From Eledone cirrhosa (taxonomy: Eukaryota), in NCBI GenBank assembly GCA_964016885.1, contig OZ024749.1, positions 50,096,001-50,160,000 of the forward strand: a stretch of 64,000 bases of DNA, written 5' to 3'. Shown here one piece after another: positions 29,490 to 44,387 of the stretch. The translations under genes and the position numbers were made by a program. The notes under the pieces were generated by a model. It had not been told where the DNA came from and searched no databases. It was given only the letters and a program-made list of their open reading frames with translations. Position 1 is the stretch's first letter, and each line of letters begins with the position of its first letter.

Positions 29490-30370
29490 TTATAGAAACC
29501 AAATTCCATCAATGCATAAGGAAACGATCAACCATTTGCCTTAGTCATCTATAAATGCCAGGCCATGTGGATTAATTGGTGTCTTCTCATATGTCATTCA
29601 AATAAAATTCCTACCATTATTTTTTTTTAGTTTTAATCATTGTCAGGGGCAACGATGATGTGACCATGTTCTTCAATGGGGATAATTTCTCAACTTTTCA
29701 GGTTACTGTAATGAAATATATCCTCTGTTTTTAATACCTGTCAATGTGAAAAAGACATGTTTGTTATTGAATTTAATCTAGGGATATAAACGTCGCCGCT
29801 GTTCTAGAATACAATAGAAATCTATTTTTCACTTAACAATGGTAAATTGTATTTTTTTAGTTTTAGTTTTCTTTCGGATTTTCTCAAATCATTTAAAATA
29901 TCAGATTATTGTTAGACGTAAACTAGTCTATGGACGTTTGACTGAATTATAGAATATATTTCATAACCATAGTTTTAGGTTGTTTTTTTTTATTTACTGT
30001 CTATCCAATTGTACATTACAAAAGAAACAAAAACTAAAGAATCAGAAACTAAAAAGTATATAAATATGCTATATATCTTCTATTATTTTTATGTCATCAT
30101 TAGCCCTAGGGAAATCAATACGAGACTAGTATGAATCTATCTGTAATATTCCATTTATGCATATATTTATATAACTATATTTGGCTATGTTTACGCATTT
30201 ATTGAAACTTCGAGTACTCCCCGTAGAATGAAGTAGGATGTATGTTAAAAAGTAATTTTATCGTGTCTATACAGATATTGTAACGAAAAGTATAGAATGT
30301 TTCTCATACAGTAAATTACAAAACCCCAATACAACTCGACAAATAATCATAAGATCTGAAAATATGTATG

Positions 30371-30429
<59 letters not shown>

Positions 30430-30446
30430 ACATATATATATATGTC

Positions 30447-30481
<35 letters not shown>

Positions 30482-30512
30482 AATGTATATATATGCGTAT
30501 ATATATATATAC

Positions 30513-30562
30513 GAATTAGCCGTCGAAACGGCTTGAGCTCAGCTGTCGGGGTCTTACTGGTT

Positions 30563-30565
<3 letters not shown>
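30513..30565 (+). mobile_element. TA-embedded hairpin element, single arm (copy D)
   Basis: GAATTAGCCGTCGAAACGGCTTGAGCTCAGCTGTCGGGGTC matches the arms at 38161-38200 and 57865-57905; TA tracts on both sides. Confidence 0.85.
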
Positions 30566-30618
<53 letters not shown>

Positions 30619-30721
30619 TATATGTGTGCGTGTGTGTATATGTATGAATGTATATATATATGTATGAATGTGTGTATACATATACATATATGCATATACA
30701 TATATATGCATATACATTATA

Positions 30722-30780
<59 letters not shown>

Positions 30781-31371
30781 GCATATATATATATATATAC
30801 ATATAATATATATATATATATACATATATATATGACTGTATAGATAGAGGGGGAAGAGATAGAGAGAGAGCGATAAAGAGAGAGAGAGAGAGAGAGAGCG
30901 AGAAAGAGAGATAGAGAGAGAAAAAGAGAGAGAGAGAAAGAGAGAATGAAAAATATAGATGTGTATGTCCAAGAGTATATGGTAGTTTATACGTGTGCGA
31001 TTGTGCCTGCCTGTGTGTGTGTGTATGGAATATGCAACTAAATATCATCACTACTCTTACACAGGTGAAATATATTAACATTGGCAATATTTTCTTAATT
31101 CACATGAGTGTAGATTTGCGAATTGATATATGACCTACCAGATACATTTCATTGTCTAGCATGCTGGAATATGTTTCATTGACCTTCCTACGCCTTATGA
31201 TTACTCTCGATAATTGTAGATCTTACCAAGATGCTATACTTATCGGATGGCGTTAAATAAAAAAGGTTTGCATAAAAGTTGATAGTTTTACTATGGTATA
31301 TCATATATATATATACCTGATACCTCTGCTTAATCAATATCAATATAACAAATGTCTTAGGACTATTTGTA

Positions 31372-31462
<91 letters not shown>

Positions 31463-31471
31463 TACATATAA

Positions 31472-31518
<47 letters not shown>

Positions 31519-31594
31519 TATATATATATAAATATACATATCTATATATATACATATATATATATATATTATATATATATATATTATATATATA

Positions 31595-31717
<123 letters not shown>

Positions 31718-34332
31718 AAATTAATGGACCTTTTGAGATTTACTTGGACAATTCATCCATATGCCAATATAAATATCTTCTGGGTAATAACAGGAAATAA
31801 TATTCGAAACAATTTTAGACATAGCAATTTACAGGTTAGTGTAGTTTTATTTTCTAGGAACGTAATTTAATAATTTGACATACCCCTAGATTTTATCGCT
31901 GTATTTTCTGATTGAGTTAGTATACAACTCACTGTGAAATAATCCCGAGAGATTTCAGGGGAACTGTTTTTCATCGCGATTATCGAGCAAGATATATATA
32001 GTAATTTTATCCTTGATTTGCACGTGGGTGTATACTATTGTAATTCATTCTTATTTCCGAGAATTATGTTAGCTAACTCAATGATAAAACACAATTATCT
32101 GTAAGGTAAATTAAAATGCCTGAAGAAATTTTAACTCAAGGTCGATAGTTACGTATGTAATATACTGTGCCTCTATGGCCTTCTTTCCAATTGCTAGATT
32201 CATCTTTGATATGAGTGGGAGTGCAAGCAGATTATTGTAACCTAAGCAAGTGCTTAGAATATAGGTTGAGGATGTGTGGTAATGTAAAACATATTTTTAA
32301 TTCAATTTTAATTGTCGGGGTGATGATATAAACGCCAACAACGATTGCATTAACCAATGTCAGTGACCCTTTTAATAATAGATATAAAAGACGCTCTCGT
32401 TCTAAAATATCGCATAACAAAATCTATGGACACATGAAATAAAAGGGGGCTACAAGTTAGACGTAACAAAAATCCCAAACGAAATGTATGAAGAAGAATT
32501 TCAAATAAAGATATTTCTCAAAAGACGGGAGAATTCCTATGCTACAATAGAAAATAAAACCAAATATAAAACCATGTCAATGTAACCCAAGAGAATGTTC
32601 CTAAGTATATAGTAAAGAGGAATTTCCTACTCATATACTCGTGCTTATAGCATGTCCATTCTTGCTAGACTCACGTATTTGAAATGTTGCTGAGATATTA
32701 TTCTGACTATCATGCTCAAATATAACTTGTAAATGTTAACATTGGTTTGGCCAAAATCGAAACTATAACGTTTCCTTCATTATTACTTCAGCGAATACAC
32801 CATATCTTTCGCCATTGCTGGAAAAAAAGGATAAAATCGTCCTGCCATTCCCGTTCAAATAAAGCCGGCGTTAAGATCTTAACATTTGACTCATGAGATA
32901 TGTACTACACTGGTATTTATATATCGGTGTTGTTATATATATCGGTTTTGGCTAGTTATTCCATCGTTAAAACTTACATGAATAAATAAGCGTGTTGCTT
33001 CTTGGTATACATTTTGTGATACGGTTTATACTATACTGAGATATATTATTTTAATATCAATGCTTAAACATTGTTATTAAGCTGTTTAAGATATATATCA
33101 ATATATATCTTTAAGCAGAAATGCATCTCATTTAATTTAGGTAGGGTGTAGTAGTAATATACACACTAAATATTCAAGGGGAATAAACATATAAATTAAA
33201 TTTTGTTTGTAGAAAAAAACTGGCATATATGTTATAATATCTTCAGAATAATATATGATTTTTTTCTTAACTGCATCTGGGCAACCTAATTCGCATTTCA
33301 TCACGCCAAGTCAATAGAACATTGTTTGTGTGAATTCACCCTAAATACGAAAGGTTGTTATCATTACCAGACATCTAGTACTTATTCTTACTCAATCTGA
33401 AGGTTTCCACCCGTTGACGAGTGTGGTTTGTTATATGCTATGCTATAGAAGCGTGTCTCATATTTCATTCAGCTTGTATGATTTCCCATTGACTGAATTA
33501 AATTATATTTAAAGAAAGCAGAATATAGGTAAACAAGAAAAAAGAATTAGAATGAAATTTATTCTTCAAAATTATTCACCACAGACGAAAAGATAAATAG
33601 AAAAACTACTCACACTATTGATAAATGAAGTTTCACAATATTGATAAATAGTTTATTTCAATAATATATTCAAAGACTGCGTGAGGTGTATACCAATCAT
33701 GAAAGTTTTGATTATTTTCGCCAGTCGTACAATTTACTTAATGTTTTCTAAGATTCTATTTCAAAATGGTATTTCTTTTGTGTGAAATACAATGAGACTG
33801 CCAAAACAGTAGAATTCAAATCTCTTATACTATTCTTCTTCCAATGTTCAGATATAGTATTTCCGATATAAATATTTCAGAGTGTGACTTCCCCTCCACA
33901 TCATGGTCATAATTTTGGCGAAGGATTTACATATTTCCATTAAAATACATAGGTAGTGAGAATAACACATGCACCTACATTGAGTCACACACTGCATACA
34001 CACGTATATATATATATACGATGATATTAAATAAATGGAAACTATATTTATAGAACCATATTTATTCTATTATATATATTTCAAGAGTACCAACATGTTG
34101 GTACGCTATCATTAGATAATATACAAAATATTTAAAAATATTTGACATAACCAAGGATAATGTACCTTAACGGTTCAAGTTATCCCTGGAAAGTGATAAA
34201 TATGCTTTTATAAATATAGTTTCCATGTATTTAATATCATTGCACATTATACTCCAGAAACTGTTGAGAGCTCTACATCAGTTATAAACATTTATATTTG
34301 CTGAAATACCAACAAATTGAATATCCCTTCTG

Positions 34333-34525
<193 letters not shown>

Positions 34526-34547
34526 ATGTGCGTGTGTGTATATATAG

Positions 34548-34598
<51 letters not shown>

Positions 34599-35252
34599 TA
34601 TATATAAGGTACAATGAGTACTAGATATATATCGGGGTACTTAACTTCATCTTATATTAAGCACCAGCCAGGAAAATAGAAATATCTCTCTATTTGGATT
34701 AAACGATATAAGGGAATATTATTATATGAGGTATTAACAGACACAAAATATCCAACAGTAATTACAATCGAAATATCCTAACCTGTTGTGTGTATTGTTT
34801 TGTGTTTAAGTATTAATGAATGCTAAGTCAAACAAATCAATTTGTTTTGGTTTTGTCTGAATGAAATGTTCATTTAACTAAAAATGACACGCCAGTATTT
34901 ATGAGTTACAAAACATACATTTGACACAAGTAATTAATTGTGAGAATAAATTTAAAAAATGTGAATGTCACGGTCAATAATATAGAGAAAGAATACAGTT
35001 TCAAATTTACTAACTATTCTATTTATGAGGGATCTAAATGTATATGCAGAATCGTGGTTTAGATTGTATTGTTTTGTGTAAGACAAAAATGATATAAATG
35101 ACAGTAATATTTTTTAATAGTTCAAAGTATTACAGTACAACTTTATTATTATTTCTGTTAACAGCGTCACAAAACTAATATCAATATCGACTCACTGTAA
35201 AGATTTCAACTACTTAAGTATACTTATCAACAATGAAAGCATTCTTCTTTTT

Positions 35253-35319
<67 letters not shown>

Positions 35320-35419
35320 CCTGTAGTATCTATTTCATACTATTAACCTTAATTAAATATATATCTCACCAGGAATGCTTTTTGTGAAATTCAATCATAT
35401 GGAATTATTTCATTTTGTC

Positions 35420-35615
35420 TGGCGGTTTGAGCTTTACAATAGCACCTGCCCCTTTGCGGTCAAATACCAACCCTACTAGCATCTACAAACTGACCAAGGA
35501 GAATTAAGGCTATTCCTGCTGACAACATTACATTATTCCTAACGAGCTCATATGTCCCAAGGCTCCTCTGATACCATCAACACTATAAGCACAGAGCTGG
35601 CATATCTAAGAAGTG
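35420..35615 (+). pseudogene. Possible decayed LINE reverse-transcriptase fragment
   Basis: IKAIPADNITLFLTSSYVPRLL*YHQHYKHRAGISKK resembles the YADD(I/V)xLF...AGLxIN region; LSFTIAPAPL upstream; highly degenerate. Confidence 0.3.
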
Positions 35616-35635
35616 ACTAACTGCCTGATCCTGAT

Positions 35636-36105
35636 CCTTAACGGGATCTTCTGAAACTAAAAAAATCAATCTGTAAACGCAGAAGTAAATATTTCGAAAA
35701 CCGAAGGAAGACAGGAATACGATATTTTGGTTCGTGGAGACGTTCCCTGAAAACGAAAAAAAAACGAAGATGATACGTCATTATGTTGAACATTGAGAAC
35801 AATTCCGCACAAAGACAAAACCACGTTTATGGTATAAATGAAGTCGTAGACTAAAATTCTACTTAGGAAACCGAATGATTCTCGGCTTCAGAGTTAAGAA
35901 TAATGTAAATAAATTACAGAGGTTATTGAAATCAACAATAATTAAATATATACATGCACCCATCCATATACGTACATACACATGCATACGCGAAAACACC
36001 CGCCATAGGTATGCAAATACAGGCACGTACATAAACACGTTTTTAGAAATATTTACTTCTGCGTTCACAGATTGATTTTGTTAGTTTCAGAAGATCCCGT
36101 TAAGG
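35636..36105. mobile_element. MITE-like element with ~65-bp terminal inverted repeats
   Basis: Left CCTTAACGGGATCTTCTGAAACTAAAAAAATCAATCTGTAAACGCAGAAGTAAATATTTC is mirrored at ~36041-36105 with about 3 mismatches; TTAA near both ends. Confidence 0.8.
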
Positions 36106-36292
36106 GTGAAAGCAGCGATTATTTGCTTAAACTTTAATCTGTTATTTTAATAACTATCTGCTCTAGGGTTCTGATATATGTGATGTATTATATTTATCCT
36201 TATCGAGCCCTCTTTGGATTTTAGTCTTCACATTTATTATTATTACTATATATATATATTATTATTACTATATATATATATATTATTATTAG

Positions 36293-36336
<44 letters not shown>

Positions 36337-36461
36337 AAATTAAGATAAATTGAATTAAATTAAATTAAATCAAATTAAATTAAGGGTGTCATGCCAGATA
36401 GACATGCGCCATAACACCCGTAAAATATGCTCGAAATTCTAATGAGTAGATCCGAGCATTT

Positions 36462-36834
36462 TATATCAACTAGAAATTGATTGACATATAAATAAACATA
36501 TGAAACAATCACAGGGGATAATTTGTAAAAGTGTGTAAGCACACATAGCTAGGTAGGTAAATAAATAATGTTTAACTAGAACTTCAAAAATAGATACCTT
36601 ATAATTTGATTAATCTTCATCGTATATATTCCATTAAAGAAATATATTTCACCAAATATATTTCTTTAATGGAATATATACGAGGAAGATTAATCAAATT
36701 ATAAGGTATCTATTTTTGAAGTTCTAGTTAAACTTTATTTAGTTACCTACCTAGCTATGTGTGCTTACACCCTTTTACAAATTATCCCCTGTGATTATTT
36801 CATATGTTTATTTATATGTCAATCAATTTCTAGT

Positions 36835-36841
<7 letters not shown>
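36462..36841. repeat. Near-perfect ~380-bp palindrome with a 4-nt loop (CACC, 36650-36653)
   Basis: Arms of ~188 bp are reverse complements with a few substitutions/indels, e.g. TATCAACTAGAAATTGATTGACATATAAATAAACATATG versus CATATGTTTATTTATATGTCAATCAATTTCTAGTTGATA. Confidence 0.97.
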
Positions 36842-36881
<40 letters not shown>

Positions 36882-37577
36882 CGTATATGTACATATATAT
36901 ATATATACCTATTTAAATGTAATCCATCCGCATATTTATTCATCCCCCCCACGATCTCTATCTTTTTTTCTATCTGGAAACGTGTATGTAAATATATATA
37001 CTTATATGTATGTATGAGGGTGTGTGTATGTTTATATACACAACGGAGCAGAATCGAGATACATTCAAAGTCCTCCTGAAGTGGGTCATCTGATCATAGA
37101 TTTAAAATACCCAGGAGAATAAAAGCACCAGGTAAGGAAATACTGTACAGTTTCAGAACATTCACATAACTCCTGTATTCATGTGGAAAATGATTACTAT
37201 TTTTACCTTATTGAAAACGATCCACAGTAATGATTTTTTATATGCCGCATTCAATAATTGTCAATAGTCTAGTTTCGCATTTTTTTATAGAATAATATAC
37301 ATCAAACACCGAAGCTATTAAAATGACATAAATCAACCTTTTTGTGATACAAATGCATACAAAATATGGTATAGTCGAAAGCATTAAGAAAACACTCGCG
37401 AATCAGACAACAGAGTTACTACGTTACGACATATATTATCACTAAACATATATATTACATACATGTACCTTTTAAAAATAAAATACATATCTGAAAGCTG
37501 GAAAAATAGGCATCAAGTGAACAATAGGATTTAACAAAACTATGTTCCGAAACTGTTTATTGAAAATATCATATCTA

Positions 37578-37629
<52 letters not shown>

Positions 37630-38025
37630 CAAATATAATTTAGCGAGTAGAAACTACCGAAAAGCAACTTCCGATTAGTGTTGGCAAGCGCTCAATGGAT
37701 AGGAATATACCAGAGTAATAAACATACGCATACGTTAACAGGGCCATACAAACTGAGACAATGGTTAAGCTATTAACGAACAAACCCCAAAAGCTGAGCA
37801 AGCTAATCCGGTCAAACAAAATCAGATATGATAGAAATATTTACCCGGACCGTCGGAAATGATGGTAAAATCAAATAGAGGGATTCTGCGACACCTAAAT
37901 CATAATACTGTCTGTTTACAAAAATAATAATAATAAGCTTTTGGTATGATGATCGAACAAGTATATCACTCTTTCACCAGGTATTTTGTTCTGCGCAAGA
38001 CTTCGAATCTCATATATATGTATAT

Positions 38026-38210
38026 AATGAAGGAGTTGCGGTAAACAACCAGATGCACCCTAACGCACCAGGGTAGTAGAGTGGGTAATAGGAAAATGTA
38101 TGTTCCCGATTGCAGAGCTCAAGCCGTTTCGGCGGCTAATTCTGGATGAAATAGCCCAGAAATAGCCGTGGAAACGGCTTGAGATCTGGTGTCGGGGTCA
38201 TACATGTCCC

Positions 38211-38212
<2 letters not shown>
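38026..38212 (+). mobile_element. TA-embedded hairpin element, copy B
   Basis: Same leader (CAGGGTAGTAGAGTGGGTAATA); arms CAGAGCTCAAGCCGTTTC..GGCTAATTCTGG and CCAGAAATAGCC..GAAACGGCTTGAGATCTG. Confidence 0.87.
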
Positions 38213-38241
<29 letters not shown>

Positions 38242-38267
38242 ACACTGAAACACACACACACACACAC

Positions 38268-38434
<167 letters not shown>

Positions 38435-39046
38435 TGGTGGCTGCCAACTCGTTTTCGAGTACGGCCACTACTTTATATCCATGTAGGAGAACCCCTACCA
38501 ATGCGCTGAACGAATGTGACTTTTTAGTCCAGCCAGCGACTTGAAAACTCTGGTACAAACACTACACCTGTGACAATTATTGACACATAGTGCTGGGCCC
38601 ATGGTACCATGTGACGACAAGTGCAGAGAGATCTCCAGATATAAAGCAATGCCTGTGCTGTGAAGCTTTTATAGTGAGCAAAGGCACTGCACAAAGCCAG
38701 TCCCACTCTCTTAACCAAGATGATATTTACCAAAAAGAAGAACAATTCAACATCATTGGATACCATCAGGGTTGCAGGTGTTATATCAGAGTTTTCCTTC
38801 TCCTAGAATTCTGCCTTGACAAAGGCTAAGGGGTCATCTCTCCCGGTGATTTTGGATGGCTATTGACTCTTAAGAGCCTCTTTGCCTTTTGACAGGTTTT
38901 GTTTTTAGTCCTGCAGGATGTCCAAAGCCACCCTCCTCACCAAGAAACCTTGGTGGGGTTGCCAGTTTAGTCGCCAACGACCCGACCATGAGACAGGTTG
39001 TACTGGGATACATGTTACCAGTAGCACCAACTGGTGACCTGACACA
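38435..39046. repeat. 612-bp interspersed element, copy 1 of a direct-repeat pair
   Basis: Same as 40235-40846 except for 5 substitutions found by eye; offset exactly 1800 bp. Confidence 0.95.
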
Positions 39047-39505
39047 TACATATATACATACATATATACATACATATATACATACATACATATACATATA
39101 TACATACATACATACATATATACACACATATACATATATACATACATACACACATACATATACATATATACATACATACACACATATATATACACATATA
39201 CATACATATATATATATATATACACACATACATACATATATACATATATATACACATATACATACATATACATATACATATACACACATACATACATATA
39301 CACATACATATACATATATACATACATATATACACACATATACATACATACATACATATACACATACATACACACATATACATACATATACACATACATA
39401 CACATACACATATATATACACACATACATACATATATACATACATACACATACACATACATACATACATACATACATATATACATATATACATACATACA
39501 CATAC

Positions 39506-39536
<31 letters not shown>

Positions 39537-39875
39537 CACATACATACATACATACATATACATATACATATATACATACATACATACACACATATATATA
39601 TACATACATATACACATACATACATACACACATATACATATACATACATATACACATACATACATACATATATACACATATACATACATACATACATACA
39701 TATACATATACATACATACATACATATACACATACATACATACACATATACACACATATATATATATACATACATACATATACATACATATACATACATA
39801 TACATACATATATACACATATACATACATATACACACATATACATATATACATACATATACACATATACATACAT

Positions 39876-39916
<41 letters not shown>

Positions 39917-40067
39917 TACACATATACATATATATACACACATACATACATACATACATATACATACATATATACATACACACATATATACACATATACA
40001 TACATATACATATACATACATACACACATACATACATACATATACATACACATACATATACATATAT

Positions 40068-40098
<31 letters not shown>

Positions 40099-40234
40099 CA
40101 CACATACATACATACATACATATACATACATATACATATATACACATACATACATATACATATATACATATACACATATATACATACACACACATATACA
40201 TACATACATATACATACATATATATACATACATA
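39047..40234. repeat. Degenerate (TACA/TACATA)n tract, about 1.2 kb
   Basis: Composed almost only of TA/CA dinucleotides; explains the 440-465 aa pseudo-ORFs. Confidence 0.97.
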
Positions 40235-40846
40235 TGGTGGCTGCCAACTCGTTTTCGAGTACGGCCACTACTTTATATCCATGTAGGAGAACCCCTACCA
40301 ATGCGCTGAACGAATGTGACTTTTTAGTCCAGCCAGCGACTTGAAAACTCTGGTACAAACACTACACCTGTGACAATTATTGACACACAGTGCTGGGCCC
40401 ATGGTACCATGTGACGACAAGTGCAGAGAGATCTCCAGATATAAAGCAATGCCTGTGCCATGAAGCTTTTATAGTGAGCAAAGGCACTGCACAAAGCCAG
40501 TCCCACTCTCTTAACCAAGATGATATTTACCAAAAACAAGAACAAGTCAACATCATTGGATACCATCAGGGTTGCAGGTGTTATATCAGAGTTTTCCTTC
40601 TCCTAGAATTCTGCCTTGACAAAGGCTAAGGGGTCATCTCTCCCGGTGATTTTGGATGGCTATTGACTCTTAAGAGCCTCTTTGCCTTTTGACAGGTTTT
40701 GTTTTTAGTCCTGCAGGATGTCCAAAGCCACCCTCCTCACCAAGAAACCTTGGTGGGGTTGCCAGTTTAGTCGCCAACGACCCGACCATGAGACAGGTTG
40801 TACTGGGATACATGTTACCAGTAGCACCAACTGGTGACCTGACACA
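40235..40846. repeat. 612-bp interspersed element, copy 2
   Basis: Near-identical to 38435-39046. Confidence 0.95.
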
Positions 40847-40958
40847 TAATACATACATACATATACATACATACATACACATACACATATATACATACAT
40901 ACATACATATATATACATACACATATACATATACATACACATATATATACATATATGA

Positions 40959-41227
40959 TGATGGCTGCCCCCTCGCCATCGAGCATGGCCATTGCACGAT
41001 ATAACATCATTAATAATTATCAACCAACCCCATCGTGCAATGCCCGTGCGTGAAGATTCCCTCCAAAGTGAGGAAAGACTGTGCACCGAGCCAATCCCAC
41101 CCCCCGAGAGACAGCAGCCATAACCCGAAAAGAAGAAAAGATCAACATCATCGGTAACTACCGAGCCTTTGTCAGGGCATTCTTCCAGGAGAAGGCAACT
41201 CAGGAAACTGGGATAACTCCGATATAA
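40959..41227. repeat. Diverged, shortened third relative with an inverted terminal segment
   Basis: Shares TGGCTGCC, GCAC..AGCCA.TCCCAC and AAGAAGAA..TCAACATCAT; 41164-41227 resembles the reverse complement of 38781-38827. Confidence 0.75.
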
Positions 41228-41293
41228 ACATACATACATACATACACACATACATACACATATATACACACACATACATACATACATATATAC

Positions 41294-42039
<746 letters not shown>

Positions 42040-42539
42040 TCACCAATCGTCTTCGAGCCAGACTAAATATCGCAATATAATTTTATCAAATTTTCTACAC
42101 ATCCTATTAAAGCTACACCTAAAGTCCTATAAATCAGTGATACTTACACAAAACGATTTAGCCCTTCTTTATATTAATAGTCATTGCCAAACAGCAACGC
42201 CCAGTCATGGTGTTGGTGGAATCAGTAATGAATTAAGTAGTGACTTTAGTGTTCAAACCAAGCTGCATATATGTGGAAAGAATACTGGATATTCTTGATA
42301 AAACTAAAGCATTCACTACAACATTCTGGTTCTGTTTGCCATACGAGGGACAGAAAAAAGTACTTTCATTTCAATCCACACTTTAGTGTATGAGTATTCT
42401 GTGAGGCACTAAATCAGGCTTGTTTTTTTGCAAACCAACCGCATTCTTCATAGACAATGACTTAGAACACCTAATTACTATATCCTTGTGATCATATGAC
42501 TGCTGGCGAGTGTTCATTCACATTATGGTAACCAGCTCA

Positions 42540-42985
42540 TATCTCAGATTTTCCTGTTTGTTTTTCAATATGTTTGATGATATCCATCAGTGTATTCTTG
42601 CATTTTAGGCGAGGACTTCCTCCGTTTTGTACCTGCACCTGGGGTTGTTCGTGAGAATGTCCGGCAGTGGTTATCATATATCTTAACGACATGACATGGC
42701 AAACCGAGAATTTGATTTTGAAACGCAATTCGTTCTCATTACTTAGCCTTGCTCGCAGCTTTCGTAGGCCATCAGTAGTCTTGGGGCAACTATTTACCTT
42801 TTCATCTTCTAGAGAAGCGCTAGAATTGATCTTATTTCCTTCTTATTGCAATGACTTAACATACTGTTGTCCACAAGAATTTGAGGTAATGGCTCACTAT
42901 ATTGCAGTCTAGATAACGCAATGTGGCTTTAGATAGGTGTTGACTTTGGATGGTGTACCTCTTTTGGTTTTTCCACATTTCGTGT
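42540..42985 (-). pseudogene. Decayed RTE-like LINE C-terminal region
   Basis: Across frameshifts: MWKNQK..SKVNTYLK..WT..KEIRSILAL..KFSVCHVMS..GTKRR/GSPRLK..DII, in the order of RTE motifs IWK..KxxxYK..SWT..FGHVMR..GKRRRGRPR. Confidence 0.4.
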
Positions 42986-43961
42986 TTAGTCCAAGCAATA
43001 TTATTAGATAGAAGAACAACATATATAGATAGGGAGGCATTTAGATAGAGACATAGATCAATAGATATATAAATAAATATAATTATTGTTATAGCTATGC
43101 GTGTGGGAGTATGCATACCTATATCATACTAACATATTGTACAGATTTGAGGACATATTGTTGATTTCTTTCTGTTCACTGATCTAGTTGCTTGCTTTAA
43201 TCACGTGCTGCAATATATCACAAAATATGTTATGTTCATTCATACAAAGCTTGCTTTTATTTAGTGTATAATAATCTGAACTAACATATTTCGATTTTGA
43301 TTTTTCTAATTCATAGTCCTTTTATTTGATACTCTGAAAACAAGGAAGATAGATAAAGAACAATGGGAATATAGGAAGAAGTGAAGGTTACTGTTACGCA
43401 ATATAAAACACAGTAGTTTATCGACTGAATGCGAGTAGCGGCATGTAAGTGTGAATGTGGATTCAGCAGTAGATACACGCAGAAAACTGCTACAATACAA
43501 ACAGACAACTGCTTTTCTACTTCGTCAATATCTTGCTAGCATGCAATATCCCGTATCAAGGCGGGATTTTCATTTAATGCCAGTGTGCGTACCACAACGG
43601 AGAAACACTGTTGAGATGTGAGACAACATTACAACAAAGATTGGACAGGAATATCGCCGCATGCCTTTCGAAAAAAAATATATTTACATGCAAAAAATGT
43701 ATTACAAGTAATAAACGGAGAACAAGTTTGTGATTGAAATTAATAGAAAATAATTCTAAACTAAGATAACGGTGAAGAAATGGAAAAACAGACATTCTTC
43801 AATGAAGTGTTGCTTGTCAGTGGAACATATTGGGGAATTGACAACACACACACAAGTAATGAATAGGAAATTGTACGCGTGTCAATCGACAGTGAGGCAG
43901 TTATATACTTACAAGTATTGCGACTAGAGATAAAAGAATGTATACACACACACACATGCAT

Positions 43962-43993
<32 letters not shown>

Positions 43994-44096
43994 TTAAGAG
44001 TTAAACAAGGTTCAATGAATACATCAATGAATTAGTTTTACAAGAGTTTGGAAGCACTCAACAGAAAAAGAAGTGTTATTAATGTTACTTCATAAT

Positions 44097-44281
44097 TGTT
44101 TCTACTTTAGGCACAAGGCCAGCAATTACCCAGTGCATTACTGGTACTTTATTTTATCGACCCCGTAAGGATGAAAGGCAAAGTCAACCTCGGCGGGATT
44201 TGAACTCAGATCGTAAAGGGACGTAACTATGCTGGAAAGCATGGCGTCCGACCCTCTACCGATACTGCCAATCCACCGCCC
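44097..44281 (-). mobile_element. Full-length SINE, subfamily A, with 18-bp TSD
   Basis: TSD TTAAT(G/A)TTACTTCATAAT at 44079-44096 and 44282-44299. Confidence 0.95.
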
Positions 44282-44387
44282 TTAATATTACTTCATAATA
44301 TTAACAAATTAGATATTCTGGTGATGAATTGTATACTATCTTGATTGAATCTTAACCATTTACTATGTCAGGGAACGTCATGTATCA

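Noticed and set aside
37060-37136. Possible exon ending at CAG|GTAAGG
   Set aside because: Stops in all three frames upstream and no recognisable protein
38870-40358. Four overlapping 440-465 aa ORFs
   Set aside because: Translations of a stop-free (TACA/TGTA)n tract, open in several frames on both strands, with no domain signal
43536-43570. Minus-strand Helitron-like 3' end (ATCCCG/CGGGAT hairpin plus CTAG)
   Set aside because: CTAG not followed by T and no matching 5' end found
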